This document shows positions 41,223-51,726 of a stretch of DNA of 64,000 bases, in pieces (positions within the stretch are counted from its first letter, which is position 1; the number at the start of each line of letters is the position of its first letter). The stretch is from an uncultured Actinomycetes bacterium. GTDB lineage: Bacteria > Actinomycetota > Acidimicrobiia > Spongiisociales > DATADW01. Below the pieces are notes generated by a model, which worked only from the letters and a program-made list of their open reading frames with translations, did no database searches and was not told where the DNA came from. The stretch lies in the NCBI GenBank assembly GCA_963824995.1, contig CAWGRK010000001.1, forward strand, positions 77,094 to 141,093. The letters are read 5' to 3'. A program made the translations under genes and the position numbers.

Positions 41223-43140
41223 GGAGCGGAGCGATGGCGAAGCATCACCCCGGCGAGAGGTGGCAGGGTGAGCCCGATGGAGAACGGACGCCCGTGTGTT
41301 CCGTTCGCAACAGCCTCGACCTCGCCCAGGTTGCCGTGGCCGCTGCCGCCGTAGATCAGGGCATCGCTGTTGAGGATCTCGGTCCAGGCACCGTCCTTCC
41401 GGGACGCCGACCCGGTAGTTGTACCTTGGCACCGGTGTGGCGTTGAGGACGACGAGCACCATCTCGTCGCCATCGTCCTTGCGGAGGAAGGCGAGCGTGC
41501 TCCCCTGCCAGTCGTTCGCCTCGATCCACTCGAAGCCGGCCGGGTCGCAGTCGAGGGTGTGGAGAGCCGGCTCGTCGCGGTACACCCGGCAAAGGTCGGC
41601 GACGAGACGCTCTACACCGGCGTGCGCTGCGAACTGGCGGAGGTGCCAGTCGACTCCGATCGAATGGTTCCACTCGCGGCGCTGGGCTATCTCGGCACCC
41701 ATGAAGAGCAGCTTCTTCCCCGATCTGAGCGAACTGGCTCACGAAGAGGAGTCGCAGGTTGGCGAATTTCTGCCAGTCGTCGCCAGGCATCTTCTCCAAC
41801 AACGACCGCTTGCCGTGCACCACCTCGTCGTGACTCAGCGGCAGGCAGTAGTTCTCGGTAAAGGCGTACAGCCCACGGAAGGTGAGTTCGGTGTGGTGAT
41901 GGCTGCGGAACAGGGGGTCTCGGCTCAGGTAGTTCAGCGTGTCGTGCATCCATCCCATGTCCCACTTGAACCCGAACCCGAGCCCGCCCAGATACGTCGG
42001 TCGGGACACCCCGGGCCAGGCGGTCGACTCCTCGGCGAAGGTCTCGACCCCCGGGTAGGACTCATAGACCGCCTCGTTGAGCTTGCGGAGGAAGGCGATC
42101 GACTCGAGGTTCTCGTTCCCGCCGTAACGGTTGGGCATCCACTGTCCGGCGGGCCGCGAATAGTCCAGATAGAGCATCGAGGCGACGGCGTCGACCCGCA
42201 GTCCGTCCACGTGGTACCGGTCCAGCCAGAAGAGCGCCGACGAGATGAGGAAGCTCCGCACTTCGTTTCGCCCGTAGTTGAAGATGAAGGTGCCCCAATC
42301 GGGGTGAAACCCCTGGCGGGGATCAGCGTGCTCGTAGAGATGGGTTCCGTCGAAGTAGACCAGGCCGTGCAGGTCGACTGCGAAATGCGACGGCACCCAG
42401 TCCAGGATCACCCCGTAACCGGCCTGATGGAGACGGTCGACCAGCGTCATGAAGTCCTGAGGGCGTGCCAAACCGAGCCGTCGGTGCGAAGTAGCCGAGC
42501 GACTGGTACCCCCAGGAGCCCTCGTAGGGGTGCTCCATGACGGGGAGGAACTCGACATGGGTGAAGTGGAGGTTGTCGAGATGCTCGACCATGCGGTCGG
42601 CCACCTCGAGGTAACCCAGACGGGCGGTTGTCCACGTCGCGCATCCACGAGCCGAGGTGGATCTCGTAGATCGCCACCGGATCCCTCCGCAGGTCTCGCC
42701 CGGGCTCGGGTGGTCATCCAACTCTGGTCGCCCCACTGGTAGGCCAGGTCGCGGACCCACAGACGACGTCGCCGGCGGCACTTCGTTGTCGAAGGCGAAC
42801 GGGTCTGCCTTGTCCACCCGGTAGCCGCGGTGGCGCGAGGCGACGTGATACTTGTACGTAGTCGCCCTCGCCAACCCCGGCCATGAAGCCCGTCCAGATC
42901 CCGGAGTCGCCCTTCACGGCGAGCGGGTTGTCGCCCGGTCCCATTCGTTGAACTCGCCGATCACCGACACGTACTCGGCGTCCGGCGCCCACACGGTGAA
43001 GAGACTCCATCGACGCCCTTTCGAGCACCGAGGTGGGCGCCGAACTTGTCGTAGAGGCGGAAATGGTTCCCCTCGTTGAAGAGGAACAGGTCGTCGTCGG
43101 TCAGTTGGAGCGGAGCCGGATCGGCAGTGGCTTTGGGCAC
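41219..43140 (-). CDS. glgB: 1,4-alpha-glucan branching enzyme (GH13), frameshifted
   Basis: [54 protein letters not shown]. Confidence 0.95.
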
Positions 43141-43225
43141 GTCGATCGAGGCTAACCGGGACGCCCGGGACCACCGCCGAACCGCGCAGCCCACTAGGGC
43201 CAGCGAGCCGGATAGCGTGTCGGTG

Positions 43226-43956
43226 ATGACCGACCGCCTTGCGGAGTTGTTTGGCGCCCCGTTGGACGAGTTCGTCGCCACGCGCAACAGGATCGCCAAG
43301 GAATTGCGAGCCGATGGCGACGACGACCGAGGCCGCCGAGGTGGCGGGGCTCCGCAAGCCGACGACGGTGGTTTGGGGCCTCGACCAATTGGCTCGCCAT
43401 GCTCCCGACCTGTTAAGGCCCTCGGGAAGGCGAACGACTCGCTCGGGGTGCGGGGTCGGTCGCCGAACGAGCGCAGGCTTCGGACGAGCGCCTTCGGTGG
43501 TGGCGTCAGATGGTCGAGCGGGCCGCCGATGTCCTCGAGGAGGCGGGACTGGGGGCGACAGAGTCGACAAGGGAACGGATGGCCCGAACGCTGCTCGCCA
43601 CCGCCTCCGACCCCTCCGCAGAGGAGGCCCTCCGCGAGGGCGACTCACGACCGAGTTGGAGCCCTCTGGGTTTGGAGAGGCGCACTTATAGCCGCCGCCC
43701 CTGCTTCCGAGCTCGAAGCCGGCCCGGACCAGCAAGGCAGACGCCCGGATCGCCGCCCTGTCCGGTGAGGTGGCGCATCTCGAGGAAGAGCTGTCCCACT
43801 CGAGAAGGAGTCCAGGGAAGCGCGTCGGCAAGCCGACCGGGCGCAGCGGGCCGTCGACTCGGCGCGGCGGCGGTTGGACCAGAAGAAGGCACAGCTGACC
43901 AAGGCCCGGGCGGCAGCGGAATGAACCGTCATGGCGGCGGCCGGCGCGAGGCCTGA
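43226..43956 (+). CDS. Conserved hypothetical helical/coiled-coil protein, frameshifted
   Basis: ELFGAPLDEFVATRN...LRKPTTVVWGLDQLAR; stop overlaps the ligD start (TGATG). Confidence 0.6.
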
Positions 43957-45456
43957 TGGCCAAGACGTCCGAATACGACCGCAAGAGGAGCTTCGATCGC
44001 ACACCGGAGCCGCCTGGTTACTTCGAGGGGACGTCGACCCGGCCGTCGCTCGGCCCGGGAGTCACTTCGTCATCCAGCAGCACTACGCCACACGCCTCCA
44101 CCACGACGTCAGGCTCGAGATGTTCAACGCCGACACCCATGTGCTGGTGAGCTGGGCGGTACCCAAGGGCCTGCCGCTCCGCAAGGGCTACGCACTCTCG
44201 CCATCCACGTCGAGGACCACCCCTGGGAGTACCGCACCTTCTCCGGATCGATACCGAAAGGGGAGTACGGCGGCGGGGAGGTGCGGATATTCGACCAGGG
44301 CGAGCTACGAGATGCTCGACCGAGAACCGGGGAAGCTCACTTTCCGGCTTGAAGGGAGATCGGCTGCGCGGCATCTGGCATCTCATCCGAACCGGCACCG
44401 GAGCAGGGCAAGGAGCAGTGGCTCGCCATCCTCTCGGAGGATCTCCGACCCCCGCCGGCGCCGTACCCGCCACCGGAGCCCGATGCTGGCCACTCTCGGC
44501 AATGACGCCTTCGACGACCGGCTTGGAGCTTCGAGCCGAAGTGGGACGGGATCCGCGTCATCGCGACGTGCACCCATGAGACCCGGTTGGTCTCGCGCAA
44601 CCGCCACGATGTCACCGTCGCCTATCCCGAGTTGGCCGGACTCTACGACCGGTTGGTGGCGACCAGTGCCATGCTCGACGGGGAGGTCATCGCCATGGAG
44701 CACGGCGTCCCCTCGTTCCAGGCGCTCCAGCACCGCATGCACCTCCGCAGGAAGCCGGCAGATGTCGAGCGGGCGGCTCGATCCAGCTCCTGTGACCTTC
44801 ATGGCCTTCGACCTGCTCTATCTCGACGGCGAGGATCTGACCGCTCGCCCGCTCGCCGAGAGGCAGGGCTTGCTCGACGAGATCGTGGTTGCATCGACCA
44901 CCCTCCAGGTGTCACCGGTGGTGGCCGGTTCGGGCGATGGCGCTGTACGAGGCGGCGAAGGCTCAGGGCCTGGAGGGCGTGATGGCGAAGCGCGTCGATT
45001 CGCGCTACCACCCGGGTACGCCGCTCGCCCGACTGGGTGAAGATCAAGACGGTGCTCGACGCCGATGTCGTTGTGCTCGGGTGGCGACCGGGTGCCGGCA
45101 ACCGGTCGGGGACGATCGGATCGCTGGTGCTCGGAGCCTTCGAAGATGAGCGGCTTCGCTACGTCGGCAACGTCGGCACCGGGTTCAACCGCGATTCGCT
45201 CGCTGCGGTGTTGTCCGAGTTGGCAACCCGCGAACGGAAAGAGCCCGTGCTCGACGTTGTCGAGCGCAAGGCCGTCCCCCAGGTGCGTCAGGTCCGGTGG
45301 GTGGAGCCCGAGTTGGTGGCGACGGTCGAGTACCGCCAACTGACCGATGCGGGGCGGCTGCGCGCTCCGTCGTTCAAGGGGTTGCGCGACGACAAGGACC
45401 CCCGCGAGTGCCGGTTCGAGGACCTGGCCACCGTGGGGGCGTCGCCGGGTCCGTGA
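43956..45456 (+). CDS. ligD: LigD-type 3'-phosphoesterase + ATP-dependent ligase (no polymerase domain), frameshifted
   Basis: YDRKRSFDRTPEP, FVIQQHYATRLHHDVRLE, SWAVPKG; EPKWDGIR, LDGEV, AFDLL, EGVMAK, WVEPELV, RLRAPSFKGLRDDK. Confidence 0.85.
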
Positions 45457-47217
45457 ACTCCGTGGTGGCGTCGTATGACCTGATCGTCGCCGGGGGCACG
45501 CCGGCGGCGCTCTCGCTTGCGGTCGAGGCGGAGCACGCCGGACTGGAGAGGGTGCTGGTGCTCGAGGGGAGCGACGCGGTCCGGCCCATGGACGCGGTCG
45601 GCCGCTACGGCCTCACCGTCCGCTACCAATCACCGCTGCGACGCATCGGGAGAGGTCCCGATGGATCGGTCCTCGTCGAGTCGGTGGCCGACACCTTCCA
45701 GGCGACGGCGTGTGCCGTTGCCGAGCGGACCAACGAGACGCCCCTTCTGCCCTCGTACGAACTCCCGGCGTCGCTCGACGAGCGGATCCACTTCCGGACC
45801 TCGGGGTTGGACCACCCGGGACCTGGATGTGCTGGTGGTCGGTCCGGGAGAACGGGCCGCGGCGGCGGCTTTCGAACTGGTGGAGGGGGATGCCCGGGTG
45901 GTGCTCTGCTTCACCGGGGAGTTCGCCGATCTCTCGTCGCTGACCCGCAGCACCCTCTCCGACCTGGAGCGCCAGCAGATGGTCACCGTCCTCTGGCGTT
46001 CCGAGCCGTCGGCGATCGACGATGTCGGCGGTTACCCGATGGCGGTGTTCGAGGATCGCCGCACGCCTGACCTCCAGTTCGACCACGTCGTCTTCGCTCT
46101 CGGCGTCGCCTCCGACCCGTCACTCGAGGGGCTACTGGAACCCGGTGAACAAGCTCCGGAAGGTCTGTTCGTGTTGGAGGACAGCACCGGTGTGGAGCCG
46201 GCACAGGACCACGTCGTCCCGTCGGGGCGGGCATGGGAGGCGATCCGGGCGGCGTGCTTCCCCACCCTCCCCGACCTGGCCGGGCCGCAGCACGGCTTCC
46301 AGATCGACGCCCACCGGGTCGAGGACCTGCGGGCCCAGCACTACAACGCCACCATCACCCACTTCGACACCGCCCACAACGAGCTGTGGCGGCTCAGGGT
46401 GCCGTCCCGACGGCGGCCAGGCACCGTGGCGGGTGGGGCAGTACTGCACTCTCGGGATGGGTGCATGGGAGCCGCGAATCGACGACGTTGACGACCGCAT
46501 CCCCGAGGCGAACCGGGAGAAGCTGATCCGCCGCTCCTACTCGATCTCTAGCCCGCTCTTCGACACCCGCGGCTACATGGTGGACCCGGTCCACGAGGAC
46601 GAGATCGAGTTGTACATCGTCCTGGTGGCGCCGGAGGGCGATCGCATCCCCGGTCTCACCCCCCGCCTCGCCCTGAAACGAGTCGGCGACCGGGTCTACC
46701 TGGGACCGAAGATGGCGGGGAGATACACCCTCGATGCGGTTGACGACCCGTCCGCCCCCGTGCTCTTCCTCTCCACCGGGACCGGCGAGGCGCCGCACAA
46801 CGCCATGGTGGTGGAACTGCTCCGCAAGGGTCACTACGGACCGATCCTCAGCGCCGTGTCGGTGCGGTACCCCGACGACCTCGCCTACCTCGAGGAGCAC
46901 CGCCTCTGGAGCAGCGGTATCCCAACTACCACTACGTACCGGTCATCACCCGCGACCCGGGTGGTGCCCCCAAGCGTTATCTCCAGGAACTCGCCGCCGA
47001 CGGGTCACTGGCCGTGTCGCTCGGGACCGACCTCGACCCCGCCACCACCCATGTCTACCTGTGCGGGAACCCGGCGATGATCGGCCTCCCCGAATGGGAG
47101 GGAGACGAGCCCCGATTCCCCGAGACGGTGGGAATGTGCCAGATCCTGCACGAGATGGGGTTCACCATCGATCGCCGCGGGGTCAAAGGGAACGTCCACT
47201 ACGAGGAGTACTGGTAA
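45453..47217 (+). CDS. Fusion of a TrxB-like two-Rossmann domain with a ferredoxin-NADP+ reductase (FNR) domain, frameshifted
   Basis: YDLIVAGGTPAA; DVLVVGPGERAA; then GQYCTLG, RRSYSIS, STGTGEAP, YLCGNPAM, EEYW. Confidence 0.75.
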
Positions 47218-47845
47218 CGCAACTTCCTACTAGGGAAATCCGTCAAATCATTGCCGTGACCAGGGAAAACTCGGCAATCAAGGTCATCGTCAGTGACAAC
47301 TGATATCGGTCTGCGTCTGATCGTCTTGTGTGATGTGCACGTCACGAGCCAGCAGCATCTCGCAAGGCGTCGAGTGGCTGCCGACGTGAGCTGGGACACC
47401 GACTACCTGGCCCCGGTGGTCGACAGGTACCACCTCCCGTGACGCGAAGTCCGTAAAGGCGTGCCGGATCCACCACCAGGGGGAGGCGCCGCGTTCTCGA
47501 GCAGCATGTAGCTGCTCTGTACGGGGTGCTGCCGGACCTCGATCCCCGCCGCCGACTTTGGTCGAGCCACCACGAGGAGCGGTTGCAGCGCCGCTGGTCA
47601 TCGTCGATTCACGACTCGTACCCGGGCCTGGCGGAAATAGTGATCGAGCCTGCGACTCGCAAGTCAGTTCGGCGTCGTCTTCGCGATCGAGCCACCCGAC
47701 TCATCAATCTTGACGATGACAGGAGCAGCGCCGGCAAGGCAGGATTGGAAGCGCACAAGTCGCCTGGATGGGGCGAGCGCTCGGCACGCATCGAGGTCGG
47801 CGAGCAATGGACCGAGAAAAGAAGAGAGACAGGAGACCGGAGGAC

Positions 47846-48570
47846 ATGACCCGACCCAAGGACCAGCCGATTGGTACGCGGACCCCACCGGACGGCACCA
47901 GTTGCGCTACCACGACGGAGCCCGTGCGTCCTATAGCGTCTCCGACGACGGCGTCGTGTCCCAGGATCCCGTCAACCTCGATGCGGCGCCGGGCAGTGAT
48001 TACCGCGTTGTGGGCAGGCGCCCAGCGCGAAGAAGCTTGCGGCCGCCCTCGAATCGCTCGAGCCTGACGAGAGAGTCGTCCTCATCAGCCGGGCAGCGAA
48101 GGCGTCGAACCTGATGGGAAGCGACAAGCAGGCCGCCGGTAAGGCGTTCCAATCCAGCGTCCAGTGGGGCGTAGTCGTCGTCACCGACCGCCGCGTGATC
48201 ATCCACACGCGTGCGGCGTGGTCCAATAGCCACCAGATCGTGAACCTCGCCAACGTCCAGGACGTCACCGTGGTACACGCACGAGTTCTTCTCTCATCGC
48301 ATCGATATCCAGGGCATGGGGACCCAGATGCCGATCGAGATCCCACGCAACAAGCAAGCGGCGGCCGAGATCGCGGAGGCGATCCGCGACGGCGCCGCGG
48401 CCAACAGGCAGAAGGAGAACCGCCAGAAGGAGAACGTCTCTAGTTCAACCGGACCCACGCTCACCATTCAGGCTCAAGGAGTGGACGATCTTCACCTCGC
48501 GGGTGCGTTGACCGAAGATGAATTCTCAGCCGCCAAGGTGAGGATTTTGGGGAGTTTGAGTACGAGCTGA
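47846..48570 (+). CDS. DUF2510 + PH-like + SHOCT protein, frameshifted or degenerate
   Basis: PADWYADPTGRHQLRYHDG; VVVTDRRVII; LAGALTEDEFSAAK. Confidence 0.65.
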
Positions 48571-49178
48571 CCGGACCCGCCCCGCCTAGGACTGGCGCCG
48601 ACATCGTGACGTGGGCGGCGGTCTCGGGCCGCCGCCGATAGACGTGTCTCAGGCAGTTGGGAGTCCGATCCGAACCGGCCACACCTTCAACCCGTGGGTT
48701 CCGTTCATTGGCGGGTCCTCGACGTCGCCTTTACGCAATGCTTGCGGGGTGATCGTAAACGCCTCGGCGGTCGGCGTCAGGGACGACGGCTCGGCCAGCC
48801 ACCGTTGAGAACGACGATCCCTGACGAAACGACCCGGACCACCGCCAAGCGAGGCCGAGGCGTGTGTCTGGGAGCTTGTGCTGGCCCCCTCGCTTCTGCG
48901 CACAAGACCAATGGCTTCCAAGGCGGCGGGCGAGAACCCCTCAGCGTCTGGGTCTTGGTCCACTCGCCCGACCACCGGCGGAGGCCGAAACTGCTTTGTC
49001 GATACAGCGACATTTCAAGCGCGGAGTTGACCTCGGCTGACGTGTCGGTTGGATCCGCTCAAGCTTCCGCACTCGGCGCCGCTGCGTCGCGTCGGGGCAG
49101 GGGCCGGGCAGCTTGAGCTCGGCACCGACGAGGATTCTGTAGGCGACACGCTTCCAGTACCGGTAGAGGGCTCCGGGT

Positions 49179-49679
49179 TCACTGGGGTAGTTCCTTCCTT
49201 GCCCGGGCGATCAGCCGGCGGGCGTTCCGTTCCGAATAGTCGAACTCGTCCATGACGACGTGGATGCCACCCTTCTCGTAGAGCTCGAGGACGCGGGACA
49301 GCAGCTCGGGGGTTACGTTCCTCCGGCGCCGTGCAGCGCGAGCCGGAGCGCGTGAGTCGTCTTCCCGATCGAGCAGTCTGGCGAACCCTTCTTCTCCCTC
49401 AGCCTGGTCGAGTTCGCTGAAAGCAACCGACACGTCGCTGCCGTGAGCTTGCCGCCGGGCCATGTGTTGGACGGCGGCGTCCAACACGGCCACCAGGTCG
49501 ATCTCCCGGAGTAGCTCGGGTGACATGGGGCGCTGTTTGGATCGGGTCATCACCCACTGGGCATGCGGCCGGCCGTCGACCATTGCGACGCCCACGTCCC
49601 ATCGAAGTCCCTTCTCGGGCAGCACCACGACTGCTGTGAACGACTCAGGGACTACTTCCCCTCCCGGTAGCCGGACCAT
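49179..49679 (-). CDS. Hypothetical protein with C-terminal HTH-like segment (possibly DUF6214-like)
   Basis: 166-aa ORF ending RRRNVTPELLSRVLELY...SERNARRLIARARK. Confidence 0.55.
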   Translation of the reverse strand: MVRLPGGEVVPESFTAVVVLPEKGLRWDVGVAMVDGRPHAQWVMTRSKQRPMSPELLREIDLVAVLDAAVQHMARRQAHGSDVSVAFSELDQAEGEEGFARLLDREDDSRAPARAARRRRNVTPELLSRVLELYEKGGIHVVMDEFDYSERNARRLIARARKELPQ

Positions 49680-49876
49680 GCCAGCCGGCTAGCCCTCTCC
49701 TGTCATGACACTCATCCAACCACAAGTCACGAATGATGCCCGCACAGAGTTGAGATGGCACGTTATTGGCATGACGAACGACTTCTGTACCCTACCGTGC
49801 GCGCTAGAGCAAGGCGCCTGGCCAAAGGGGACGAACATCCCACCACGAACCGGCCACGTTCGCGATAATCAGCCAC

Positions 49877-50236
49877 ATGAGCACATCGCCCCGGATGGTG
49901 TTCCTCGGCTACGGGAAGTGGGCCCGGGCCGACCGCATATACGCCCTCGAGCCTCTGGTCGGCGATGACCGGGGTGGCGGGCGGCGCACCCTGGTGTGGG
50001 TGGAGGGCGTCGCCGACCCGATTGTCGCCTCGCGCACCGAGCGGACGATCCTCCATGAGATGGGACAGGATGCGGCGGCGACGGCGCCGATCATCGATGA
50101 TGCCATCGACCTCGCAGAGCGGTTGGTGGCTGCTTCGGACGCCGGCCGGGTGGACCTCGGCGATCTGGGCCGCCGCGCCCGCCGTCTCTTGGAGACGACA
50201 ACCTCACCTCAAGGCGACGAGAGCCACCTCTTCTAG
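49877..50236 (+). CDS. Hypothetical protein, possibly RemA/DUF370-like
   Basis: Intact 119-aa ORF; VFLGYGKWARADRIYALEP...GRRTLVWV...IVASRTERTI. Confidence 0.55.
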   Translation: MSTSPRMVFLGYGKWARADRIYALEPLVGDDRGGGRRTLVWVEGVADPIVASRTERTILHEMGQDAAATAPIIDDAIDLAERLVAASDAGRVDLGDLGRRARRLLETTTSPQGDESHLF

Positions 50237-51725
50237 CTAACCGCCGGCGACGATGACCCGGGTGGCGTCGGCGAAGGCGGCGACGATCCCGGGGAGGAAC
50301 CCGAGCACCACGATGATCACGGCGGCGATCCCCAAGACCAGTCCGAGAGATGCCGCCACCGGGCGGTCCCTGCCCTCGGGCACTGTCTCCGGGGCCGGGT
50401 CCATCCACACCACCTTGGCCACCCGGGCGTAGTACACCAGCGCGATCACCGTGTTGATGGCGGCGATCACCGCCAGCGCCAGCGTCCACGGGTTCCCGGT
50501 GCCGATCACCGTGCTGAACATGACGAACTTGGCAAACCACCCGGCAAGCGGCGGGATCCCGGCCAGCGAGAAGAAGAAAAGCGCCACGGCAAGACCAAGC
50601 CCGGGGGCGTAGGACCCGAGCCCGGCCCACCCGTCGAGCTGCCCGGTCCCGGTCTTCCGAGCCCCGGCGATCACAACGGCGAAGGCACCGAGGTTCATGA
50701 TGGAGTAGATCATCAGATAGGTCACGGTGGCGGTGACCGCGGCGCCGAGGTCGCTCCCGTCCACGGCGGCCCCGGCGAAGGGCACCATCATGAACCCGGC
50801 CTGCGCCACCGATGAGTAGGCGAGCAGCCGCACGATGTTGCGCTGCCGCAGCGCGCTCAGGTTGCCCAGCGTCATCGAGATCACCGCAAGCAGCCAGAGT
50901 CGCCGGGCCCCAGATGGAGGCAGCGTCGGGCAACGCCAGGTAGGTGATGAGCAGCAGCCCGACGAACCCGGCCGCCTTCGACGACACCGAGAGATACGCC
51001 GTCACCGGGGTGGGGGCGCCCTCATAGGTGTCAGGGGCCCACCAGTGGAAGGGCGCCGCCGTCACCTTGAAGGCGAAACCCACCATCACGAAGAGCACGG
51101 CGAGCACGAACGCCGGGTTGTCGACCAGATCGCCGCTGGCGGCGGCGAGACCGGCGAAGTCCACGGTCCCGGTCAGCCCGTAGAGGAACGACATCCCCCA
51201 CAGCAGGAGAGCGGTCGAGAGCACACCGATGAGGAAGAACTTGAGCGATGCCTCGTTCGACTTCACATCGCCCTTCCGCCAACCGGCGAGGAGGAAGAGC
51301 GGTCCGGTCACCAATTCCAACCCGATGAACAGCGTGATCAGGTCGCGCGAGGAGGCCATGACCACCGAGCCCAGGATCGAGGCGACCAATAGGAAGTAGT
51401 ACTCGCCCTGGTAGTAGCGCTCCGACTCGATGTAGCTGACCGACATCAGCAGGACGAGATAGCCGGCGACGACGAACAGCCCCTTGAGCGCCAGGGCGAA
51501 CTCGTCGACCACATATCCGCCGTCGACCATCACCGCGGGGAGATCGCCGTCGATGGCCAGGTAGATCAGCGGGATGGCGGTGAGGCTGACCCCGACCAGC
51601 GCCACGATGGCCACCCAGTACTTCCTGGTGCGGGGTAGCAGCAGGTCGGCCGCCAGCACCGCCACCAGCGTCACCGAGAGCGCTATCTCGGGGAGCAGGG
51701 CGACGTAGTCGAGGTCTGGGCTCAA
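50237..51725 (-). CDS. nuoN: Complex I subunit N (indel near 50895)
   Basis: GEYYFLL, EASLKFF, FKVTAAPFHWWAPDTYEGAPTP, RLLAYSSVAQAG, SLAGIPPLAG. Confidence 0.95.
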
Positions 51726-51726
51726 A

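Noticed and set aside
49039..49436. 13-bp inverted repeat GACGTGTCGGTTG / CAACCGACACGTC
   Set aside because: One arm lies inside a coding sequence, with no transposase or target duplication, so chance is plausible.
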